DNA of 64,000 bases from Microgenomates group bacterium (GTDB taxonomy: Bacteria; Patescibacteriota; Microgenomatia; PFEM01; JBNASD01), in the NCBI GenBank assembly GCA_049720225.1, contig JBNASD010000004.1:1117-65116 (forward strand), written 5' to 3'. Position numbers and translations under genes: made by a program. How positions within the stretch are numbered: the first letter of the stretch is position 1; each line of letters begins with the position of its first letter. Below the pieces are notes generated by a model. That model did no database searches. It had not been told where the DNA came from and saw only the letters and a program-made list of their open reading frames with translations. This document shows positions 46,925 to 55,847 of the stretch, piece after piece.

Positions 46925-48274
46925 ATGAAAAAAATTAGAAAAATTCCTACTATTTTAGGTTTATTGTTAGTGTTGTCAACCATTATTGGGGGGATTTTTT
47001 TAATCCATAACCAAAGTAGATTTCTTACTAAAGCACAACCAGAAATTATTCCTAAAGAAGTAAGGATTACCAATGTTACTGATAGTAGCTTTTCTGTTTC
47101 TTGGATTACTGACCAAGAAACAGAGGGTTTTATTCAGTACGGAGAAAAAGAAGATAATTGGGAAGTGGCTTTAGACGATAGAGATCAAATTTCTGGAAAA
47201 AGAGGAAAATTTTCTACTCATCACGTAACGATTAAAAATCTAAAGCCTTTAACTTTATACCTTTTTAAAATCGGTAGTGATGGAAGAATATTTGACAATA
47301 ATGGGAGTCTTTATCAGGTAAAAACTGGACCGAAAATTGGAGGAGATTTACCTCCTAATGATATTGTTTATGGAGAAATTCTTTTATCTAATGGATTACC
47401 AGCAGAAGGAGTGATTGTTTATCTTTCTTTGGTTAATGCCGGTCAACTTTCTGCTTTAACTCGTTCTTCAGGAGCTTGGGCAATTCCTTTAAATTTAGCA
47501 AGAAAAGAAGATTTGTCTTCTTGGGCTCAATATGATAAGGAAGCTTCTTTAATAGAAATTTTTGTTCAGGGAGGAAATAAAGGAGTAGCAACGGCAATCA
47601 CTACGACTAGAAATGATAGTCCGGTACCTTCTATTACGTTAGGAAAAAATTTTGATTTTCGTTCTCAAATAGAAAACCCTTCTCCTACTCCGGCTTTGAC
47701 TCCTCCTTCTTCGCGACTTTTTGGAGAAGAAGCATCTCTTACTCAAAATTTAAGGATAATTAATCCAGAAGAAGGAGAAAAAATTTCTACTTCTACACCA
47801 GAGTTTTTTGGGGTAGGACCACCAGGCGAAAGGATTATTATTAAAGTAGAATCACCAGAAACTTTTACTGGAGAAGTTTTTATTGACCAAAATGGTAATT
47901 GGCGTTGGACACCTCCATCTAACCTTTCTCCGGGAGAGCATAAGATTACTGTCTCTTTAGCTAATGGAAAAACAATAACAAGATCTTTTGTAATTTTAGC
48001 AAACGAAGCTAATTTGCCATCATTTACTTCTTCTCCTTCGGGAATATTAACGATTACTCCTACTCCTACTTTTACCCCTACACCCTTTCCTACTTCTACT
48101 TTGACACCAACTCCTATAGCTACTTTTACTCCTACTCCAATTCAAAGAAGTTCTTTACCTTCCACCGAAAGTGGTATTCCTACATCAGGAACATTGACAC
48201 CTACTTTTATTTTAGTCATAATGGGAATAAGTTTGATTTTAATTGGTTTTATTTGTTGGAAATTTTTATTTTAA
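46925..48274 (+). CDS. Surface protein: FN3-like and Ig-like domains, PT linker, IPTSG plus C-terminal TM
   Basis: ITNVTDSSFSVSWIT, HHVTIKNLKP, GNWRWTP..LSPGEH. Confidence 0.78.
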   Translation: MKKIRKIPTILGLLLVLSTIIGGIFLIHNQSRFLTKAQPEIIPKEVRITNVTDSSFSVSWITDQETEGFIQYGEKEDNWEVALDDRDQISGKRGKFSTHHVTIKNLKPLTLYLFKIGSDGRIFDNNGSLYQVKTGPKIGGDLPPNDIVYGEILLSNGLPAEGVIVYLSLVNAGQLSALTRSSGAWAIPLNLARKEDLSSWAQYDKEASLIEIFVQGGNKGVATAITTTRNDSPVPSITLGKNFDFRSQIENPSPTPALTPPSSRLFGEEASLTQNLRIINPEEGEKISTSTPEFFGVGPPGERIIIKVESPETFTGEVFIDQNGNWRWTPPSNLSPGEHKITVSLANGKTITRSFVILANEANLPSFTSSPSGILTITPTPTFTPTPFPTSTLTPTPIATFTPTPIQRSSLPSTESGIPTSGTLTPTFILVIMGISLILIGFICWKFLF

Positions 48275-48285
48275 AATGAATTAAA

Positions 48286-49404
48286 ATGAATAAATTAAAT
48301 TTTTTACCTTTTAAAAAAGAAGATAAAGATAATACAGTCAAGGAAAATTTAAACCCTTTTCAATTTGCTGTGCCTCCTTTGCCGGAAGAAAAAATAACTT
48401 CTTTAAATTTAGATTCTAGTCTTCCTCCTTCTAACAAAAACAAAAGAAATAAAATAAATCCTTTAATTCTTGGGGGGATTTTTCTTTTTCTTCTTTTTTC
48501 TTTAGGGGGAGGAGTATATTTTATAAAAACTCAAAGAGAAGAAATAAGAACTAAAGCAGGAACAGGAAGTGAATGTTTTTATCCGCCAGAGATTTATCGC
48601 CCTGCTCCTTATCAATATCGCGTTGGTGATACTTCCTCTCCTGGATATGAAGATTGGGTAATTTATCCTATCAAACCAGAGTGCGCTAATGTAGAAAGAC
48701 TAAGTCAAATTTTTGGACCCTTAGATAAAGTTTTTCCCGATAAGGAGGTTTATATTACCCGTCCTAACCAAGCTTGTCAATATGGATTTACTTTTAATCG
48801 AATAATGCATATTGATGGTTATAGCGACGAAGAAGTACAAAAGGGATTACCAGAATTTAGCGAGCAGGAACTTCATGACCTTCATTATCAAGGTAAAGAT
48901 GTTCAAAGTATTCAAGATTGTGATAAAAATGGACGACAGGTGGTTTTTGATCTTACTACTAATAATGTTTATGGAAAAATGGTTGCTAAACCAAACGGTT
49001 GGATTGCTTGGGAACCGGGATATTATCAATTTGATTTAACTCCGTGTTTTCGTTGTGAAGGGGGAGCAGTTCATCAGCAATCTTTAGGAGCAGGTTTTAT
49101 AAGAGTAGTGGAAGGGGAAGGAATTTCTTGTAACCAAGTAAGTATTTATAATCAATCTTGGCAAAAACTTGACGCTAATCAATTAAGTTTACTAAGAGCA
49201 GGTGATCAAGTTTATTTAGCGGTTTTAGGTTTAGGATCAGGCATTGATAAAGCTCGTTTTAGAATTAATGGAGGAAACTGGATTGAAACCGAGCAAAAAC
49301 GAACAGAGACAGAAGAATTTTATATTAGCTATGTTATTCCCCAAGGGATTATTGATTTTAATATTGAAGCAGAAGTTCATCATCCTTTTTATGGATGGAA
49401 ATAA
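48286..49404 (+). CDS. Membrane-anchored surface protein
   Basis: TM followed by REEIRTKA; several Cys; C-terminal beta domain. Confidence 0.72.
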   Translation: MNKLNFLPFKKEDKDNTVKENLNPFQFAVPPLPEEKITSLNLDSSLPPSNKNKRNKINPLILGGIFLFLLFSLGGGVYFIKTQREEIRTKAGTGSECFYPPEIYRPAPYQYRVGDTSSPGYEDWVIYPIKPECANVERLSQIFGPLDKVFPDKEVYITRPNQACQYGFTFNRIMHIDGYSDEEVQKGLPEFSEQELHDLHYQGKDVQSIQDCDKNGRQVVFDLTTNNVYGKMVAKPNGWIAWEPGYYQFDLTPCFRCEGGAVHQQSLGAGFIRVVEGEGISCNQVSIYNQSWQKLDANQLSLLRAGDQVYLAVLGLGSGIDKARFRINGGNWIETEQKRTETEEFYISYVIPQGIIDFNIEAEVHHPFYGWK

Positions 49405-49406
49405 AA

Positions 49407-49991
49407 ATGAAAGATAAAAAAGATTGGTTAATTTTTTTAATAGGAGGATTAACGATATTTTTATCGGTAATTGCTGTTATGATTGCTTTTAAAATTTATC
49501 AAAATAGACGTAAAGCTGTTGCTCCCACTGCTCCTTTTTCTAAACCGCAGGCTGTAGTAGAATCATGCAAAATAAGTTTTTCTTTATTAATTACTCCCAC
49601 TCCTACCCTTACGCCTACTCCTACTCCAAGAATAACCCCCACATCTACTCCCACACCTCGAATAACTCCTACTTCTACTCCTACTCTTACATCTACTCCC
49701 ACACCTCGAATAACTCCTACTTCTACACCGACAGTCACTCTTACTCCCACCATTACTCCTTCAACTTCGCCTTCACCAACTCCTTCTTTTACTCCTTCCC
49801 CTACGGTAACTCCAATAGTACTTTTAACTGCCACTCCTTTTCCCACTTTAGTTAGTCAAATTTCCACCCCTACCCCTACACCTTTTGTAGCCCAAATAGA
49901 ATTACCAACAGCAGGTATCGGTTTGCCTGCTATAGGAGCTACTTTACTAGGGTTAATATTAATATTTGCTAGTCTTCTTCTTGCCTTATAA
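49407..49991 (+). CDS. Pro/Thr-rich mucin-like surface protein with LPTAG plus C-terminal TM
   Basis: N-terminal TM, about 100 aa of TP repeats, ELPTAG, hydrophobic tail. Confidence 0.8.
   Translation: MKDKKDWLIFLIGGLTIFLSVIAVMIAFKIYQNRRKAVAPTAPFSKPQAVVESCKISFSLLITPTPTLTPTPTPRITPTSTPTPRITPTSTPTLTSTPTPRITPTSTPTVTLTPTITPSTSPSPTPSFTPSPTVTPIVLLTATPFPTLVSQISTPTPTPFVAQIELPTAGIGLPAIGATLLGLILIFASLLLAL
49641..49726 (+). repeat. Coding tandem repeat, 38-nt identical copies at 48-nt period
   Basis: ACATCTACTCCCACACCTCGAATAACTCCTACTTCTAC at 49641 and 49689. Confidence 0.85.
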
Positions 49992-50021
49992 AATTTTTAA
50001 TTTTAGTGGTAAAATTTTTAT

Positions 50022-51236
50022 ATGAAAATCGCAATTATTGGGGGAGGAATCGGAGCGTTAACTACTGCGTTTTGCCTTTCTAAAAAAAACCAAAAGGTAT
50101 TTTTATTTGAGAAAGAAAAACGATTAGGAGGTTTAGCTAGTGGTTTAAAAGAAAAAAATTGGCAATGGCATTTAGATTGTTTATTTCACCACCTTTTTAC
50201 TTCAGACAAAGAAGCAATTTCTTTAATTGAGGAAATTGGTTTAAAAAACTCTTTGTTTTTTTCTCGACCCAAAACAGCAATTTTTTATGAGGGGAAAATT
50301 TCTCAATTTGATTCTCCTTTAAGTTTATTAACTTTTCCTCATTTAAATTTTGTTGAAAAAATTCGGGCAGGATTAGTTACTTTTTATCTTAAACTTAATA
50401 ATAATTGGCAGAATTTAGAAAAAATTGAAGCTACCAAATGGCTTGAAAAATTTTATGGAAAAAGAAATTATCAAATTTTATGGGAACCACTGTTAAAGGG
50501 AAAATTTGGTGCTCAAGCAGAAAAAATTTCTATGGCCTGGTTTTGGGCAAGGATTAAAAAAAGAAGCACCAAATTAGGATATTTAAAAGGTGGGTTTCAA
50601 GTTTTGATTAATACATTAGAAAAAGAAATTAAAAAAAATGGCGGAAAAATTTTTCTTAATCAGGAAATAAAAAGCCTAAAGGAGTTAAGTGATTTTCAAA
50701 AGATAATTATTACTGCTCCTACAGAAAAATTTTTTCCTGGAAAGTTTCCCTCAATGTTAGGGGCAATAAATTTAATTTTAATCTTAAAAAAACGATTTTT
50801 AACTGACGGGACTTACTGGTTAAATATTAACGAAAAAAACTTTCCTTTTGTTGCGGTAGTTGAGCATACTAATTTTATAGATTCTAAGTATTATGGTGGT
50901 AATCACATTTTGTATGTGGGGGGTTATTATCCCCAAAACCATCGTTATTTTAAAATGAACGAACCTCAGATTTTTAAAGAATTTGCACCATTTTTGAAAA
51001 AAATAAACCCAATTTTCAATTTTGATTCTTCAATCTTAAATTTAAAATTAACTAAAAATCTTTTCGCTCAGCCAATTGTTCCAGTGAATTATTCCCTAAT
51101 TTTAAAGAAAGCTAAAAAATCTTTACCAAAAAATATTTATTTAGCTAATATGCAAACAATTTATCCTTACGATCGAGGAGTGAATTATGCCATTGCTCAA
51201 GCAAAAAAAGTTACTCAAGAAGTTTTGGCAGAGTAA
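50022..51236 (+). CDS. FAD-dependent oxidoreductase (amine oxidase/HemY-like)
   Basis: IIGGGIGAL, FEKEKRLGG, YPYDRGVN. Confidence 0.85.
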   Translation: MKIAIIGGGIGALTTAFCLSKKNQKVFLFEKEKRLGGLASGLKEKNWQWHLDCLFHHLFTSDKEAISLIEEIGLKNSLFFSRPKTAIFYEGKISQFDSPLSLLTFPHLNFVEKIRAGLVTFYLKLNNNWQNLEKIEATKWLEKFYGKRNYQILWEPLLKGKFGAQAEKISMAWFWARIKKRSTKLGYLKGGFQVLINTLEKEIKKNGGKIFLNQEIKSLKELSDFQKIIITAPTEKFFPGKFPSMLGAINLILILKKRFLTDGTYWLNINEKNFPFVAVVEHTNFIDSKYYGGNHILYVGGYYPQNHRYFKMNEPQIFKEFAPFLKKINPIFNFDSSILNLKLTKNLFAQPIVPVNYSLILKKAKKSLPKNIYLANMQTIYPYDRGVNYAIAQAKKVTQEVLAE

Positions 51237-52830
51237 TTGGCCAGAAATTTTTTTTGCCATTTTTGCTTTCTGTTTTTCTTGGTGGCTAATGTGGCATACC
51301 TTTAATTATAAAGATGGCCAAATGCTTATTGCCGGAAAAGTTTGGTCTGATTTTGCCGCTAACATTCCTTTAATTCGTTCTTTTTCTTGGGGAAAAAATT
51401 GGCCACCAGAATATCCTTTGTTTCCTGGAGAACCAATTAGATATCATTTTTTATTTTATTTTTTGGTAGGGATGTTGGAAAAAATCGGTTTACCAATTAG
51501 TTGGGCTTTAAATTTACCCAGTATTTTTGGTTTTTTTGGACTTTTGTTAATAATTTATTTTTTAACAAAGCTTTTATTTAATAAACGTTTTGTTGCTTTT
51601 TTGGCGGTAATTTTTTTTCTTTTTAATAGCTCTTTAACTTTTTTAGAATTTTTTCGTCAACATCCTTTATCTTGGGAAACTCCAAAACAAATTTTGACTA
51701 ACCGAAATTTTCCTTCTTTTGGACCTTATGATGGAAAAATTATTTCTGCTTTTTGGAGCTTGAATATTTATACCAATCAGCGTCATTTAGCAAGCGCTTA
51801 TTTTTTGATTCTTTTGATGGTTTATTTAATTGTAAAAAAAATAAAAGAAAATAAAAAAATAAAATTTTGGCAGATTGTATTTTTAGGAATTATTTTTGGA
51901 ATGATGCCCTTTTTTCATAAAGTAGGTTTTTTAATGATAGTAATAATTTTGGGATTTTTCTTTTTATTTTTTGCTAAAATTCGTAAAGGAATTTTTTTAA
52001 TTGGTGTAATTGGTTTGATTTTTTCTTTACCCCAAATTTTTTATCAAACAAAAGGGGAGATGTCTTCAATACTATTTTATCCTGGTTATTTAGTAAGCCA
52101 CCCTCTTAATTTAAATAAAATTTTATCTTATTGGTGGCAAAATTTAGGTTTATCATTAATTTTAATTCCTTTGGGATTTTTATTGGCTAACAAATTAGCG
52201 AAAAAAATATTTCCTCCTTTTTTTTCTTTGTTTTTAATTGCCAATCTTTTTCAATTTTCTCCAGAAATAGCCGCCAATCATAAGTTTTTTAATTTATTTA
52301 TTATTGTCGGCAATATGTTTTCTGCTTGGTTTATCTTTTTAATTTGGGAGAAAAAATTTTTGGGAAAAATAATGGCTTTATTATTAATTTTTTTGATGAC
52401 TTTTTCAGGAATTATTGATTTTTTTCCTATAAAAAACGATATAATTTACCGAATCGATGATGCCCCCAAAAATCCTGAAGTTAAGTGGATTAAGGAAAAT
52501 ACTCCACCTGATGCTGTTTTTTTAAATTCTTCTTACTTATATCATCAAGCTTCCTTAGCGGGTCGAAAAATTTTTTTAGGTTGGCCTTATTTTCCTTGGT
52601 CAGCGGGATATAATGTTGATAAAAGAACTCAATTAATGAAAAAAATTTGGGGGAGTAATGATAAAGAAGAAATTTGTTTTCTTTTAAAGCAAAATCTTGT
52701 TTATGGAGTATTTTTAGAAAATAATCTTTCTGATTTTTCTGTTGATAAATTATTTTGGGAAAATTATTTTTCCCCTTCTCATAAAACAGATAATTTATCT
52801 TTATATTTAACTGATAAAAATTGTCAATAA
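51187..52830 (+). CDS. Polytopic membrane protein, probable GT-C glycosyltransferase
   Basis: About 11 TM, WSD loop, YHFLF, soluble C-terminus WIKENTPPDAVF. Confidence 0.62.
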   Translation: MPLLKQKKLLKKFWQSNWPEIFFAIFAFCFSWWLMWHTFNYKDGQMLIAGKVWSDFAANIPLIRSFSWGKNWPPEYPLFPGEPIRYHFLFYFLVGMLEKIGLPISWALNLPSIFGFFGLLLIIYFLTKLLFNKRFVAFLAVIFFLFNSSLTFLEFFRQHPLSWETPKQILTNRNFPSFGPYDGKIISAFWSLNIYTNQRHLASAYFLILLMVYLIVKKIKENKKIKFWQIVFLGIIFGMMPFFHKVGFLMIVIILGFFFLFFAKIRKGIFLIGVIGLIFSLPQIFYQTKGEMSSILFYPGYLVSHPLNLNKILSYWWQNLGLSLILIPLGFLLANKLAKKIFPPFFSLFLIANLFQFSPEIAANHKFFNLFIIVGNMFSAWFIFLIWEKKFLGKIMALLLIFLMTFSGIIDFFPIKNDIIYRIDDAPKNPEVKWIKENTPPDAVFLNSSYLYHQASLAGRKIFLGWPYFPWSAGYNVDKRTQLMKKIWGSNDKEEICFLLKQNLVYGVFLENNLSDFSVDKLFWENYFSPSHKTDNLSLYLTDKNCQ

Positions 52831-52832
52831 AA

Positions 52833-54242
52833 ATGAAATTTATAAAAAAATTAAAAATAAATTTTTACTTATTTATTGCCCTTTTTCTATTTTCTATTTT
52901 ATATTTACCATTTTTAGAATCTTTTCCTTATCTAGACGGCAATATTGATTTTGTTCAGTCATATCATTTTTTAAAGGGAGGATTTAAAGAATATTTTAAT
53001 AATTGGACTTCAGTTCATCCCCCTTTTAAAGTTTTTATTTCTTCATTATTTTTTAAATTTTTAGGCTTTAATGTTATTTCCTATAATTTGATAGGATATT
53101 TTTTTGGTTTAATATCAATTTTATATTTTAATAAATTAGCTTTTCTAATTTTTGATAGTCGAAGTGCAAAAATAGCGACAATTCTTTTAGCTACTTCTCC
53201 TTTATTTTTAGCTACCGCTATTTTTTCTCTAAGAGATTTTTTATTAACTTCTTTTTTAATATTATCTTTATATTTTTACCTTGTTTCTAATTATTTTTTT
53301 TATTTATTTTTTTCTACGCTTAGTTTTTTATCTAAAGAATCTGGTTTACTTTTAATAGTTTGTGTGATTTTGATTGAGTTTTTTAGTTTTTTAAAAAATA
53401 AAAAAAATTCAAAATTTTTAATCACCTTAAGTGGATTAACGATTCCTTTTTTATGGTGGTTTTTTTTAAAAATTAATCAAAAAACCTCATGGAGGGATTG
53501 GCTTTTTTCAGAATATGCTTCTAAGGGAACTTACTATGTAATGATTAAAAACCTTCTTGAATTAAAAATATTTAATCAATATGCCTATCAGCACTGGCTT
53601 CATCTTTTTATTCTTAATTTTAATTGGATATTTTGGTTAATTTTTCTAATTGGTTTTTTTTGGATGTTTATTAAAAAATATAATATTTTTTTAACCTTTT
53701 TGATGAATTTTAATCAAAAAGCCAAAACGGTTTTAGTTATTGTTCTCTTAATTATAAGTTATTTTTTAACTGTTCTTTGCTTACCGACTTATGCGATTCC
53801 TCGATATATTCTTCCAATTTTGCCCTTTCTTTATTTGCTTGATTCCTACATTATTCAACTTTTTTTGATTAAGAAGAAAAGATTATTTAGTTTTTTTATA
53901 AATTCAGGAATGATCGTTTTAATTTTCCTAAGTTTATTTTTTTCTTTAGACCCTCTTTCTTTAAAAATTTGGGGTAAAATAAAAATTTTTGGAAAGAAAT
54001 TTTACGCTCTTAATGAACATTTTGCAGGAAACGATGGGATTACTTATAACTTTCAATACCTATATTTAATCAAAGAAAGAACTAAGAAGATTTTGGAAGC
54101 AAATAATAAAAAAGATTCTGTTGTAAGTGAAGATTGTTATTGGATTTTTCCTGATCCAAGAAATGATTTTCAAACGATACAAATTTTAAAATTAAATGGT
54201 ATAAATCTCGATATCCCTTGTAGGGAAATTAAAGTTAATTAA
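52833..54242 (+). CDS. PMT/ArnT-like GT-C glycosyltransferase
   Basis: First-loop D, HPP, SKE, PRYILP; multiple TM. Confidence 0.68.
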   Translation: MKFIKKLKINFYLFIALFLFSILYLPFLESFPYLDGNIDFVQSYHFLKGGFKEYFNNWTSVHPPFKVFISSLFFKFLGFNVISYNLIGYFFGLISILYFNKLAFLIFDSRSAKIATILLATSPLFLATAIFSLRDFLLTSFLILSLYFYLVSNYFFYLFFSTLSFLSKESGLLLIVCVILIEFFSFLKNKKNSKFLITLSGLTIPFLWWFFLKINQKTSWRDWLFSEYASKGTYYVMIKNLLELKIFNQYAYQHWLHLFILNFNWIFWLIFLIGFFWMFIKKYNIFLTFLMNFNQKAKTVLVIVLLIISYFLTVLCLPTYAIPRYILPILPFLYLLDSYIIQLFLIKKKRLFSFFINSGMIVLIFLSLFFSLDPLSLKIWGKIKIFGKKFYALNEHFAGNDGITYNFQYLYLIKERTKKILEANNKKDSVVSEDCYWIFPDPRNDFQTIQILKLNGINLDIPCREIKVN

Positions 54243-54258
54243 TAACTAATTCAATAAA

Positions 54259-55470
54259 ATGAGATTGAAAAATATTTTTTTGTTTATTTTAATCATTTTT
54301 TGTTTAATTTCCTCTTATAAAATATTTTTAGTAAGTAAAAATATAAGCAACGATTATCATTTTTCTTTATTGGCGGAAAGTTTTCTTCAAGGAAGATTAG
54401 ATCTTTTAACTAATTCTTCTAATTTTCCTCCAGGAGATGTCGCTTTTTACAAAAATAAATATTTTATTTATTTTGGTCCTTTACCAGGAATTATTCTTAT
54501 GCCTTTTGTTTTGCTATTTGGAAGTAATTTTCCTCAAAATTTTTTGACAATTTTAATCTCTTTTTTAAGTTTTTGGTTAATAATAAAAATTGCTCAAAAA
54601 TTTAATTTTAGAATCGAAGATTCCTTATGGATAGCACTTTTTTACATTTTTGGAACTGTTTATTCCTTTTTAACTTTAGTTAATATTTCCGCTTTTCAAG
54701 TTCAAATAATAGGAAATTTTTTTATTCTTTTAGCTATTTATGAATTTTTTAGCAAGAAGAGACACTTTTTAATTGGTTTATATCTTTCTTTAGCGATGGC
54801 TACCCGTCTTACATTATTAATGGGAGTTATTTTTTTTATCTTGGACATTCTCGAGAAAAATTATTCTTTTAAAAGGAAAGTTTTTTTATTGATAAATCTT
54901 CTATTCCCAATTGGATTAATTGGCTTTTCTCTAATGATTTATAATTTCGTTCGGTTTGATAATATTTTTGAGAGTGGTTATAAATATAATATTACTCTCC
55001 CTTATACTTCTAATTTTAATGCAGTTAAAAAGTATGGTATTTTTTCTTTCTATCATCTTCCAATAAATATCTATTATTTTGTCTTTAGCGCTCCTATTTT
55101 AATAAGAAATTCTAGTGGAATTCCCATATTTCCCTTTTTAAAAGCTGATCATTGGGGATTAAGCATTATTTTCACATCACCTCTTTTAGTTTTTTCTTTA
55201 TTTTTTTTAGATTTTAAAAAAAATTGGAAAGAAATAATAACAACTTTTTTAATTAGTCTTTCAATTTTCACTTATTATGGAGTGGGAGTTTCTCAATTTG
55301 GTTACCGCTTTGCTTTAGATTTCTATCCATTTTTATTCTTGATTCTTTTAAAGACACTTAATGGAAAACTTATTTTTATTCATAAGTTATTAATTATTTA
55401 TAGTATTATTTTCAATTTTCTTTTTATGCTTTCTATTTGGGAAAAATATCCTTTGTTAGGAATTTATTAA
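54259..55470 (+). CDS. Polytopic membrane protein, probable GT-C fold
   Basis: LAESFLQGRL, YFGPLP, NFVRF, FGYRFALD. Confidence 0.62.
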   Translation: MRLKNIFLFILIIFCLISSYKIFLVSKNISNDYHFSLLAESFLQGRLDLLTNSSNFPPGDVAFYKNKYFIYFGPLPGIILMPFVLLFGSNFPQNFLTILISFLSFWLIIKIAQKFNFRIEDSLWIALFYIFGTVYSFLTLVNISAFQVQIIGNFFILLAIYEFFSKKRHFLIGLYLSLAMATRLTLLMGVIFFILDILEKNYSFKRKVFLLINLLFPIGLIGFSLMIYNFVRFDNIFESGYKYNITLPYTSNFNAVKKYGIFSFYHLPINIYYFVFSAPILIRNSSGIPIFPFLKADHWGLSIIFTSPLLVFSLFFLDFKKNWKEIITTFLISLSIFTYYGVGVSQFGYRFALDFYPFLFLILLKTLNGKLIFIHKLLIIYSIIFNFLFMLSIWEKYPLLGIY

Positions 55471-55517
55471 ATTTTTTATTCTATTAGGCAGATTAATTTT
55501 GTTATAATTTTTAAAAA

Positions 55518-55830
55518 GTGAAGAGAGTTATAAAAAACAAAAAGTTTCTTGGTTCAAATATTATTATTTTAATAGTATTTTTATCTGTTTTTGTCCGTTT
55601 TTCTCTCACTTTTTTACCTTCTCACCGAGTAGATATGGGTGGATATAATTTTTGGAGCCATTATTTAGCAGATAGAGGTTTTCAGGGAATTTACCAAACC
55701 CATTTAGTTTATGGGCCAGCCTATTTATATTTACTTTTGATTTCTGGAGAAGTGGCTAAATTTTAAAGACTAGTGATTTAACTTACAAATTTTTAATTAA
55801 ATTTTAGTTAATATCTTTGATTTTATTTAA
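55518..55830 (+). pseudogene. Truncated, frameshifted GT-C (mannosyltransferase-like) remnant
   Basis: 82-aa ORF has only the N-terminal D..W..G..Y..YGPAYLY segment; similar-looking sequence continues in shifted frames. Confidence 0.5.
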
Positions 55831-55847
55831 TTAAAATTAAAAATTAT

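Noticed and set aside
49590-49880. CRISPR-like array, and ORFs 49499-49846(-) and 49565-49855(+)
   Set aside because: Coding Pro/Thr repeat without unique spacers; the other frames are open only because of the repeat
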